24,019 bases of DNA, from positions 1 to 24,019 of IMG/VR virus record IMGVR_UViG_3300044216_003192; one strand, written 5' to 3'. Of the stretch, positions 15,868 to 23,828 are shown piece after piece. A program made the translations under genes and the position numbers. The first letter of the stretch is position 1. Every line of letters starts with the position of its first letter. The DNA comes from a virus. Taxonomy: Duplodnaviria > Caudoviricetes. A model generated the notes under the pieces. That model had not been told where the DNA came from, did no database searches, and worked only from the letters and a program-made list of their open reading frames with translations.

Positions 15868-17142
15868 ATGAAAACACTTATTAAAAACATCGAAAAACTA
15901 AACGACAAAATTTCACTTTCGGAAGATTTACGAAAAAAAGAATATTTACAAGCTGAAGAAAAGTTGATAGACGCTTCAACAAGTTACCATTGTAACTTAG
16001 TCAGAGAGATTTGGAATCTTCTTGACGAAAAGATTCAAAACACTTGCAACATTTTTATTGACACGCAAGAACACTATGTTGATTTAAATTGTGCAAGAGC
16101 TTTTTATCACGAAGTTATCAGCCAAAACATTTGGCTTGGCAGAGATTTAAATGACAACTTTGAAGCGTTTAACACTGATACGAAACTTCAAACTGATAGA
16201 AAATTCATCATTTCAATTAAACAAAATTTCGCTAAGAAAAAATTAGTTGTCAATTTAAAACTCATAACACCTTGTGATTTTATCACAAGAGCATCAGCAG
16301 GAACAATGTTCACTCAACAAGAAATTGACAGAGAAGAAGAAGAAGGTTTCAGTTATGGTGCTTACAACGAAGATTACAGACTTAAAGTTGCAAAAACTCT
16401 TGAAATGCAAAATTATTTTGCAGATACAAAGGTCAAACTCGTGAATGATATTCAAGAAATCTTAGAAGAAGAAAACTGGTTGTCAATTGCAAAAAAGAAC
16501 GCAAACAAATTTGTAAATCAAACAAGGGATATTTTTTATGATTTAGAAAAACAATATAAAAATCAAATTGAAACCTTGAAAAAAGACTATGTCTCTGAAT
16601 TAGTTGGAAGCTCAATTGAACTACCATCCAATATGGAGTTGTCTGTTCCAGTAAATAAAATAAGAACATTTCACGCAATCACTAAAATGGAATTGCTTAA
16701 AAAAACCCAAAAAGGTTACAAGGTCAATTTATACACAAGTGCAGATGTGTATAAACAAATTGAAGATAAAAGTAAGTTTGTATTACGAGCTAAGGATGTC
16801 ATTCTAAAAGAAGTAGTTGTAGAAGATTTTTTTGACACTGCTCTTTATGTTTCTATAAATCAAGATAAAATAGAATTACATAAGACCATAGAAGATTGGA
16901 GAAAAGAAAACCATAAACTTCTTCATCAAGCTCAAATGAGTTCACACATCAAGATTACTGAACTGAAATCATTTAGAAAATTGTATGACACTGTTAAAGG
17001 TGTATATTTCCAAAGAGCTATTAGATACTATCGAAAAGGTTACGAAAATGCCTTTAAAATCCAACGCGGGTTGATTTGGCAAAATTTCGACTATTATTTA
17101 ACAACACATTTCAGTGACTTAAGAAATGCTGAAACAAGTTGA
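15868..17142 (+). CDS. Hypothetical protein (accessory cassette), 424 aa
   Basis: Long ORF with its own promoter, the shared leader and a terminator; no motif recognised. Confidence 0.85.
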   Translation: MKTLIKNIEKLNDKISLSEDLRKKEYLQAEEKLIDASTSYHCNLVREIWNLLDEKIQNTCNIFIDTQEHYVDLNCARAFYHEVISQNIWLGRDLNDNFEAFNTDTKLQTDRKFIISIKQNFAKKKLVVNLKLITPCDFITRASAGTMFTQQEIDREEEEGFSYGAYNEDYRLKVAKTLEMQNYFADTKVKLVNDIQEILEEENWLSIAKKNANKFVNQTRDIFYDLEKQYKNQIETLKKDYVSELVGSSIELPSNMELSVPVNKIRTFHAITKMELLKKTQKGYKVNLYTSADVYKQIEDKSKFVLRAKDVILKEVVVEDFFDTALYVSINQDKIELHKTIEDWRKENHKLLHQAQMSSHIKITELKSFRKLYDTVKGVYFQRAIRYYRKGYENAFKIQRGLIWQNFDYYLTTHFSDLRNAETS

Positions 17143-17171
17143 AAATATAAAGTAGATTCTAATTAATTTAA

Positions 17172-17198
17172 AGCCACTCATTAGAGTGGTTTTTTTTT
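17172..17198 (+). terminator. Rho-independent terminator
   Basis: AGCCACTC-atta-GAGTGGTT plus T run. Confidence 0.9.
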
Positions 17199-17201
17199 GT
17201 G

Positions 17202-17232
17202 CAAAAAGAAAGTATTTTTACGATATATTATT
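17202..17232 (+). promoter_or_regulatory. Putative phage late promoter, copy 4 (CAAAA-N14-CGATATATTATT-ATG)
   Basis: CAAAA at 17202, CGATA at 17221, ATG at 17233. Confidence 0.7.
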
Positions 17233-17607
17233 ATGAAGATTATAACTTTAGCAAGTTCTCAAACATTTCAAGTCATACCAAGAAATTATGTTTCAAACGT
17301 GAATATTGTGATTAGAGACGAACAGTTGAATAAAGATTTTACGTTTAGCACAACCGCGTCAACAAGCAGAGATATTTTGAGTTTTACAACAACTTATACT
17401 TCAAGCGGAAGCAGTATTTTCAAAGAAGGTCGATTTTATGACTTGACTGTAAAAGACTCGAGTGATAATATTATTTATAAAGACAAAATATTTTCGACCG
17501 CTCAGACAATAAATCAATCAAACAATAACTATTATGATATAAACAAAGATGAATATGATTTTGACGACGCGACAAGTTCTCACGACACTGAATACATAAT
17601 AGTATGA
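17233..17607 (+). CDS. Virion structural protein preceding the portal (possible head-closure/neck protein), 124 aa from MKIITLAS
   Basis: The start is fixed by the promoter motif (the ORF-track start at 17197 lies in the terminator tail); ATGA coupling to the portal gene. Confidence 0.6.
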   Translation: MKIITLASSQTFQVIPRNYVSNVNIVIRDEQLNKDFTFSTTASTSRDILSFTTTYTSSGSSIFKEGRFYDLTVKDSSDNIIYKDKIFSTAQTINQSNNNYYDINKDEYDFDDATSSHDTEYIIV

Positions 17608-19328
17608 GCGATATAAGATTTATTCAATTAAATAGTTATACAACACCAAAAGTTACGGAAGTTAAAAATCGTGATTTTGTTTCTTATGGTGAAGATAATA
17701 ATTACTTTCAGTATTTGATAGATAGATACAACGGAAGTCCTACAAACAACGCAATTATCAACGCCATTTCAGAAATGATTTATGGAAAAGGATTGGACGC
17801 AACTGATAGCAGTAGAAAGCCAGACCAATATGCTCAAATGATTTCACTTTTTAAAAGCGACGTGATTAGAAAAGCGTGTTATGATTTAAAACTGATGGGT
17901 CAGTGTGCTTTGCAAATTATCTATTCAAAAGATAGAAAACAAATTGCACAAGTTGCTCATATACCAGTTGAAACTCTACGAGCTGAAAAAGCAGGTTCAA
18001 AAGGTGAAGTAGAAGCATATTATTATTTTAAAGATTGGAGTAAATACAAATACAACGATACATTAAAAAGAATACCAGCTTTTCAAACAAGTCAAGAGAA
18101 TATCGAAATAATGTATATTAAACCATACAAAGCTGGATTTTTTTATTATTCACCAGTGTCATATCAAGGGGGGTTACAGTATGCCGAGCTTGAAGAAGAA
18201 ATTGGAAATTTCCATTTAAATAACATTATGAACGGTATGTCGCCAAGTATGTTGATTAACTTCAACAATGGTGTGCCAAATGAAGAAGAAAGAGAGCTTA
18301 TTGAACAACGTATTTACAAGAAATTTTCGTCAAGTAGTAATGCGGGAAAATTTATTTTAGCTTTTAATGACAATCCAGACACAGCCGCAAGTATTGAGCC
18401 AGTTCAATTGTCGGATGCTCATCAACAATATCAATTTTTAAGTGAAGAAAGCTCAAAAAAAATAATGGTTTCTCATCGTGTAGTGAGTCCAATGTTGTTT
18501 GGAGTAAAAGACAAAACTGGATTCGGAAACAACGCTGAAGAAATACAAACAGCTTCTACGCTTATGGACAACACTGTCATTCGTCCGTTTCAAAGACTTT
18601 TAATTGACTGTTTAGACCAAATACTAGCTTACAACAATATATCGCTTAATTTATACTTTAAAACGCTTCAACCGCTCGAATTTACAGACCTTGAAAACGT
18701 TGAAGATGAAGAGACAAAAGAAGAAGAGACAGGTGTAAAATTAAAAAAGCAAGTTTGCAACCACAACGATGTTTCTTTGAGTAAAGAAGTAATGTCACAA
18801 ATTGCAGACGACTTAATCTCAAAAGGAGAAGAATATGGTGATGATTGGATTTTGGTCGACGAACAACCAGCGTTAGAAGATGAAACACAAATTCAAGATT
18901 ATTTTGCGTTTGCTAAAGTAGTAAGTGGTGATGCAAGAAAAAGAAGCACGCAAGACACCGATATTTTTAGAGTAAGATATGCTTATACAGCAGGTAGAAC
19001 CCGAGAGTTTTGTAAAAAAATGTTAGCTGCAAATAAAGTTTATCGTATGGAAGATTTAAACAAACAAAGCACCGCAAACTCAGAGCTAGCACCAAAAGGA
19101 GAAAATTCTTATAACATATTTTTATACAAAGGCGGAGTGAATTGTAGTCATTACTGGATGAGAAGAATTTATTTGAAAAAAGGAAACAAAAAAATATCGG
19201 TTACAAGAGCTAGACAAATCATCAGCGAATTACCTAAAAACCAAAGAAAAGGTGCAAAATTTGAAACAAATCCACCAGAAGTTGCACAAATAGCGTCAAA
19301 CAAAAATAACAACTGGAGAATTAATTAA
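17604..19328 (+). CDS. Portal protein with a C-terminal extension, 574 aa
   Basis: YGEDNNYFQYLIDRYNGSPTNNAII, HIPVETLRAEK, YYSPVSY, NGMSPSMLINF and NAGKFILAF: PBSX/HK97-type portal motifs. Confidence 0.9.
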   Translation: MSDIRFIQLNSYTTPKVTEVKNRDFVSYGEDNNYFQYLIDRYNGSPTNNAIINAISEMIYGKGLDATDSSRKPDQYAQMISLFKSDVIRKACYDLKLMGQCALQIIYSKDRKQIAQVAHIPVETLRAEKAGSKGEVEAYYYFKDWSKYKYNDTLKRIPAFQTSQENIEIMYIKPYKAGFFYYSPVSYQGGLQYAELEEEIGNFHLNNIMNGMSPSMLINFNNGVPNEEERELIEQRIYKKFSSSSNAGKFILAFNDNPDTAASIEPVQLSDAHQQYQFLSEESSKKIMVSHRVVSPMLFGVKDKTGFGNNAEEIQTASTLMDNTVIRPFQRLLIDCLDQILAYNNISLNLYFKTLQPLEFTDLENVEDEETKEEETGVKLKKQVCNHNDVSLSKEVMSQIADDLISKGEEYGDDWILVDEQPALEDETQIQDYFAFAKVVSGDARKRSTQDTDIFRVRYAYTAGRTREFCKKMLAANKVYRMEDLNKQSTANSELAPKGENSYNIFLYKGGVNCSHYWMRRIYLKKGNKKISVTRARQIISELPKNQRKGAKFETNPPEVAQIASNKNNNWRIN

Positions 19329-19330
19329 AT

Positions 19331-19831
19331 ATGGCTACTGCTCTTTTCATAAAACCAATTGATTTAAAAAGAAACTCTATTGTTGACGGTTCAGTAGATG
19401 TTGACAAATTTCTTGGCTTTATAAAGCTGTCTCAAGAAATACACATTCGCAATTATTTAGGTACTGATTTATACAATGACTTACAAACGAAAATTATTGG
19501 TGACACTCTTACCACTGCCGACACGACTTTGATAAACACATATATTCAGCCGATGCTCATTCATTTTGCTATGGTCGATTACTTACCTTTTGCATCTTAT
19601 CAAGTAAAAAATGGTGGAGTTTTTAAACACACAAGTGAAAATAGTGAAAGCGTAAGTAAAGAAGAATTAGATTATTTGATTGCAAAGCATAGAAATTTTG
19701 CAGAATATTATACAAGAAGATTTATCGACTTTATGACTTTTAATCAAAGTACTTACCCAAAATACAACAGCAATACCAACGACGATATACATCCAGATAA
19801 AGACAGTTTGTTTAATGGTTGGCAATTATGA
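19331..19831 (+). CDS. Putative head-tail adaptor (connector), 166 aa
   Basis: Helical protein directly after the portal (QEIHIRNYLGTDLYN...YIQPMLIHF); assignment by context. Confidence 0.6.
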   Translation: MATALFIKPIDLKRNSIVDGSVDVDKFLGFIKLSQEIHIRNYLGTDLYNDLQTKIIGDTLTTADTTLINTYIQPMLIHFAMVDYLPFASYQVKNGGVFKHTSENSESVSKEELDYLIAKHRNFAEYYTRRFIDFMTFNQSTYPKYNSNTNDDIHPDKDSLFNGWQL

Positions 19832-19962
19832 GATATAAACCTAAAAATGAAGATATTAAAAAATTAAAAGTTTATTTAGAATATGGCAAGTTTATTAAAT
19901 CAGCAAATAAATCAGACATATGTAGCTCTATTAAAAACGACGGACAACGTAGTTTTAAGTAG
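19828..19962 (+). CDS. Possible small basic protein, 44 aa (MRYKPKNEDIKKLKVYLEYG...)
   Basis: ATGA-coupled to the adaptor stop, but overlaps the fibre gene by 80 nt. Confidence 0.35.
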   Translation: MRYKPKNEDIKKLKVYLEYGKFIKSANKSDICSSIKNDGQRSFK

Positions 19963-21340
19963 TACAGAGCAAGTCATTACTGATGGTTCTGGAAATGCTT
20001 CCACGATTCGTTTAAGCACAAGTGGCGTTGGAATTGGTGGTAGTGTAAGCTCTGGTGTTGCTTTGGCTGTAACAGGTAGTGTGACAATTTCTTCCAATTT
20101 GACCGTAGCTGGTACACTTACAACAGTAAATACTACCGATTTAGATGTCAAAGACCCATTAATAAAATTAGCAAAAGACAATCTTGCCAATATCAGCAAT
20201 ATTGGATTTTACGGACAATATTCCACAAACGGAAGTACAGCATTATACGCAGGACTTTACAGAGATTTTTCTGATGGCGTTTTTAAATTATTTAAAGATT
20301 CATCAACAGAACCAACATCGACTGGAAATATATCAACTGGCTTGGGTTATGCGTTGGCAGATTTAAGACTTGGAAATTTGGTTTTGCCAGATAATGCTCA
20401 ATTAAAAATTGGAGACAATACCGACTTAAAAATATCACACAATGGAACTGACTCATCAATTACAAATGAAACTGGTCATTTAAAAATAGAAAATAATGCA
20501 AATGACAAAGACATCATATTTTCTAACGATGACGGAGCTGGCGGACTTACTGAATATTTTCGTTTAGATGGTAGTAGTGGATATAGTATCGCTAGTAAAA
20601 ATATAAGGTTTTTAGATAATGTAAAAGCACAATTTGGAACAAGTAACGATTTTCAAATATATCATAGTGCTTCAAATTCAATTTTAAATCAAAGGGGTAC
20701 TGGTGACTTAATACTTGAAAATACAACCGATGACAAAGACATAAAGTTTAAATGTGATAATGGTAGTGGTGGCACGACTGAATATTACAGACTTGACGGA
20801 AGTACAGCAATGAATATTTTTTCAAGAAATGTGGGAGTAACTGGTACGGTGCAAGCAACAAGCGGATTCACCTTCGCAACGACAACAACAAGTTCACCAG
20901 ATTTTGCTATGTCAGTAACGAGCAATGTTATGACTATAAGCGACGTGACAGGGAGCGGAAAATTAATTTTAGATGTTGATAATGTAGGAATTAATACAAC
21001 TTCACCAACGGAAGCTCTTCACGTTGTTGGTAATGTTTTAGCAAACGCATTTAATACAATATCTGACGTTAGACAAAAAAAGGATTTTAAGGACTTTAGC
21101 GGGCTTAATTTGTTAGAAGGCATACAAGTATACAATTTTGCGTGGAAAAGCTCAGAGAAACGCTCTTATGGCGTTAAAGCTCACGAATTACAACAAGTTT
21201 TACCACACGCTGTTTCTGGTGAAAAAGATGGTGAAAAAATGCAACAAGTAGATTATACAAAAATTGTTCCGATTTTGTTAAAATCCATAAAAGAATTAAA
21301 AGAAGAGATTGATTATTTAAAAGATAAAATCAATGAGTAA
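19883..21340 (+). CDS. Tail fibre/spike with a C-terminal peptidase S74 intramolecular chaperone, 485 aa
   Basis: GINTTSPTEALHVVGN fibre motif, then SDVRQKKD...YNFAWK...YGVKAHEL...VDYTKIVPILLKSIKELKEEI (S74 domain plus coiled coil). Confidence 0.85.
   Translation: MASLLNQQINQTYVALLKTTDNVVLSSTEQVITDGSGNASTIRLSTSGVGIGGSVSSGVALAVTGSVTISSNLTVAGTLTTVNTTDLDVKDPLIKLAKDNLANISNIGFYGQYSTNGSTALYAGLYRDFSDGVFKLFKDSSTEPTSTGNISTGLGYALADLRLGNLVLPDNAQLKIGDNTDLKISHNGTDSSITNETGHLKIENNANDKDIIFSNDDGAGGLTEYFRLDGSSGYSIASKNIRFLDNVKAQFGTSNDFQIYHSASNSILNQRGTGDLILENTTDDKDIKFKCDNGSGGTTEYYRLDGSTAMNIFSRNVGVTGTVQATSGFTFATTTTSSPDFAMSVTSNVMTISDVTGSGKLILDVDNVGINTTSPTEALHVVGNVLANAFNTISDVRQKKDFKDFSGLNLLEGIQVYNFAWKSSEKRSYGVKAHELQQVLPHAVSGEKDGEKMQQVDYTKIVPILLKSIKELKEEIDYLKDKINE
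20384..20830 (+). repeat. Two tandem repeats of about 75-76 aa in the fibre
   Basis: DNAQLKIG..DLKISH..TGHLKIEN..DKDIIF..D.G.GG.TEYFRLDGS versus DNVKAQFG..DFQIYH..TGDLILEN..DKDIKF..D.G.GG.TEYYRLDGS. Confidence 0.85.
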
Positions 21341-21653
21341 AAGAAAAAAATATACTTGGAAAATAAATTGTTTTGACGTAGAAATTTCTCAGCTAGATTT
21401 TAAAGATGTGATAAAAACAATTCATTATACATACTCTTGTGAAAAAGAAGATTATAAAGTTCATAAAAACGGAATGTTGCATTTGGAGCTTGACATAAAT
21501 AATTTTGTTGATTTTGATGAAATAAGTAAAAACATTATTGTGTCTTGGTTGGAATCTAAAATAGACGTTGTTTCTTTAAAGGAAAATTTAAGTAAAAGAT
21601 TAGACGATAAAATCACACCTAAAACAAAAACAATAAAAGTAAATTGGAATTAA
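21333..21653 (+). CDS. Small fibre-associated protein (possible fibre-assembly chaperone), 106 aa
   Basis: Overlaps the fibre stop; YTWKI...VIKTIHY...FVDFDEISKNIIVSW pattern of fibre-linked proteins. Confidence 0.55.
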   Translation: MSKRKKYTWKINCFDVEISQLDFKDVIKTIHYTYSCEKEDYKVHKNGMLHLELDINNFVDFDEISKNIIVSWLESKIDVVSLKENLSKRLDDKITPKTKTIKVNWN

Positions 21654-21676
21654 CTTGATAACTCAAAATTAAAAAT

Positions 21677-21925
21677 ATGGCAAAACTTGAAAACTCAGAA
21701 CTGGATTATCTAAAAGAATTGAATAACTCTATAAACCTAACAAACAACAATATTGGTGCGGCAATAATGCAAATTGATGCTTTAGAAATTGCGATTGAAA
21801 ATTTTAAAAAAGAACAAAAACAAAGCAGAGAAGATTTGCAAAAAAATTTAGAAAAGTTAAAAGAAAAATATGGTAAAGTCTCGGTAGATTTAGAGACAGG
21901 AGAAATAAAAAAAGATGGAATTTAA
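21677..21925 (+). CDS. Small coiled-coil protein, 82 aa
   Basis: Heptad pattern ending EKYGKVSVDLETGEI. Confidence 0.75.
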   Translation: MAKLENSELDYLKELNNSINLTNNNIGAAIMQIDALEIAIENFKKEQKQSREDLQKNLEKLKEKYGKVSVDLETGEIKKDGI

Positions 21926-22073
21926 TGATATAAAATTGTATACAATAAACAGCAGTACACTTGTAGTGACATTTACAGACATTGAAATGTGGTTGAAAAT
22001 TATTCTATTGATGGCTACAATTGTGTACACGTTATTGAAAATAAAAAAAATAAAAGACGAAAAAAAACAGTAA
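21915..22073 (+). CDS. Putative holin-like membrane protein, 52 aa (MEFNDIKLYTINSSTLVVTFTDIEMWLKIILLMATIVYTLLKIKKIKDEKKQ); not in the ORF track
   Basis: Hydrophobic helix plus a basic C-tail, upstream of the endolysin. Confidence 0.7.
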   Translation: MEFNDIKLYTINSSTLVVTFTDIEMWLKIILLMATIVYTLLKIKKIKDEKKQ

Positions 22074-22074
22074 T

Positions 22075-22146
22075 ATGTGTCCGACTTGTGTAACAATAAT
22101 ATGTTTGCTTGCAATAGTATTATTTAAAATAAAAAAAAATGTTTGA
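22075..22146 (+). CDS. Possible 23-aa membrane micropeptide (MCPTCVTIICLLAIVLFKIKKNV)
   Basis: Starts 1 nt after the previous stop; CxxC, a hydrophobic span and a basic tail. Confidence 0.45.
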   Translation: MCPTCVTIICLLAIVLFKIKKNV

Positions 22147-22173
22147 GTGTCCTTTTTGCGTAAATTGCGGTTT

Positions 22174-22530
22174 ATGCTAAAATATTTTAGTGTATATGAA
22201 TTTGATAGTCCAGACGTTGACGGAAGTGGGCGTTTAATGGATAGAAACTTTCTATTGCTTTTAGATGAGCTTAGAGAAAGATTTGGGAAACCTATTCACA
22301 TTACAAGCGGATATAGAACAAAAGAACATAATGAAACGTTAAAAAACGCTTCAAAGAATAGTTCACATTTGCTTGGATTGGCTTGTGATATTGCAATCAC
22401 TGATTCCAAAGACAGATATAAAATAATAAGGTTGGCTTTAAAACTTGGTATCAATAGAATAGGAGTTTCGGGAAGATTTTTACATCTTGACGTTGACACA
22501 AACAAACCAAATGCAATTTGGACTTATTAA
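22174..22530 (+). CDS. Endolysin, Zn-dependent peptidase M15 family, 118 aa from MLKYF
   Basis: ITSGYRTKEHN, SSH(x6)D (SSHLLGLACD) and FLHLD zinc-binding motifs. Confidence 0.9.
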   Translation: MLKYFSVYEFDSPDVDGSGRLMDRNFLLLLDELRERFGKPIHITSGYRTKEHNETLKNASKNSSHLLGLACDIAITDSKDRYKIIRLALKLGINRIGVSGRFLHLDVDTNKPNAIWTY

Positions 22531-22928
22531 TGAAAACAGTGCTTAGTAAAATATTTGGTAAAGTTGGCGGTGGGATTGCTGAAAAAATAAGCAACATAAT
22601 TGATAAACATACTTATTCAAAAGAAGAAAAAGCAATTCTTGAAAAACAAATCACGGAAGTTTTTGTAAAAGCAGAAGCAGATATACAAAAAAATGTTTCA
22701 GAAAGATGGAGATATGATTTATCAAGTGATAGTTGGCTAAGTAAAAACGTTCGACCGCTTACTCTCATATTTCTTGTTGTTAGTGCAACAGTTTTAATTT
22801 TTATTGATGCTGGTTTTATAAAATTTGAAGTAAAAGATAAATGGGTTGACCTTTTACAATTGACTCTCATTACAGTCATTTCGGCTTATTTTGGCGGACG
22901 TAGTTTTGAGAAAATTAAAAAAAAATAG
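22530..22928 (+). CDS. Holin of the 3TM (GTA-holin-like) family, 132 aa from MKTVLSK
   Basis: TAATG coupling; RWRYDLSSDSWLSKNVRPL and AYFGGRSFEK motifs with hydrophobic helices. Confidence 0.8.
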   Translation: MKTVLSKIFGKVGGGIAEKISNIIDKHTYSKEEKAILEKQITEVFVKAEADIQKNVSERWRYDLSSDSWLSKNVRPLTLIFLVVSATVLIFIDAGFIKFEVKDKWVDLLQLTLITVISAYFGGRSFEKIKKK

Positions 22929-23016
22929 TACATTGCGATGCTTTTAGCTAAACTTCAAGGACTTAATAAAGACAGAAACTTGTTGGAACAGATAAATAAA
23001 AATTTTGTTTTTTGGT

Positions 23017-23070
23017 AGCTTTTTCTTTTCTTTTTTCTTTTTTGAGCTTTTTTCTTTTTTCTTTTCTTTT
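23017..23070. repeat. Polypyrimidine tract with two AGCTTTTT/CTTTTC-type repeats
   Basis: About 54 nt of almost only T/C on the + strand, in the gap between the lysis cassette and the methyltransferase. Confidence 0.6.
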
Positions 23071-23108
23071 AAATAACTAGTTTTATTTATAAATCTAATT
23101 ATATACTA

Positions 23109-23588
23109 ATGTGTAAATTGACATTTATAAAAACAAATCTAAGAGCATATACTTTTGAAGTAAAAAAAATAAAAGAATGGGTAGAAGATAGAAGTATAGG
23201 GGGTAGAGTGTTAAATCTTTTTTGTGGTAAGACAAAACTTAATATTAATGAATTTAGAGTAGATATTGATAAAAAAGAAGCACTTGCAGATATATATATA
23301 GATGTTTATGATTTTGTAAAAAATTGCAAAGATAGATATGACACCATTATACTTGACCCCCCTTATTCAATAAGAAAGTCAATGGAATATTATAAAGGAA
23401 ATTATACTTCAAAATTTAAACTAATAGCTGATGAATGTGCAAGATTATCAGACAGAGTAATTAGCTTTGGTTATCATTCAACTTTTTTGGGTGAAAAAAG
23501 GGGTTATCAATTAGAAGAATTATGTGTATTTGGACATAGTGGTTCGCAACATTGCACGATTGCAATAATTGAAAAAAAAGTGACGTAA
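23109..23588 (+). CDS. Orphan amino (N6-adenine/N4-cytosine) DNA methyltransferase, 159 aa
   Basis: SAM-binding VLNLFCGK precedes the catalytic IILDPPY motif. Confidence 0.8.
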   Translation: MCKLTFIKTNLRAYTFEVKKIKEWVEDRSIGGRVLNLFCGKTKLNINEFRVDIDKKEALADIYIDVYDFVKNCKDRYDTIILDPPYSIRKSMEYYKGNYTSKFKLIADECARLSDRVISFGYHSTFLGEKRGYQLEELCVFGHSGSQHCTIAIIEKKVT

Positions 23589-23828
23589 ATGCTTGAATAT
23601 ATTATTGACCAAATTATGAACACAAAAAAAAGTAAAATAAAAAAAATTGACAAACTTTTACAAGCTGATGCCGTTAACTATACCAATCTTGGAATTGACA
23701 GCACAATCACGGAACGGAGACAAGTAAAAAAACAAAGCCGACAAATATATAGAGCAATTAAACAACTTGATTATACACTTGGAGAGTCATTACTTAAAGC
23801 TATGGACAATGAAAAAAACGTCTCGTAA
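23589..23828 (+). CDS. Hypothetical protein, 79 aa
   Basis: Abuts the MTase stop and overlaps the next gene. Confidence 0.75.
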   Translation: MLEYIIDQIMNTKKSKIKKIDKLLQADAVNYTNLGIDSTITERRQVKKQSRQIYRAIKQLDYTLGESLLKAMDNEKNVS

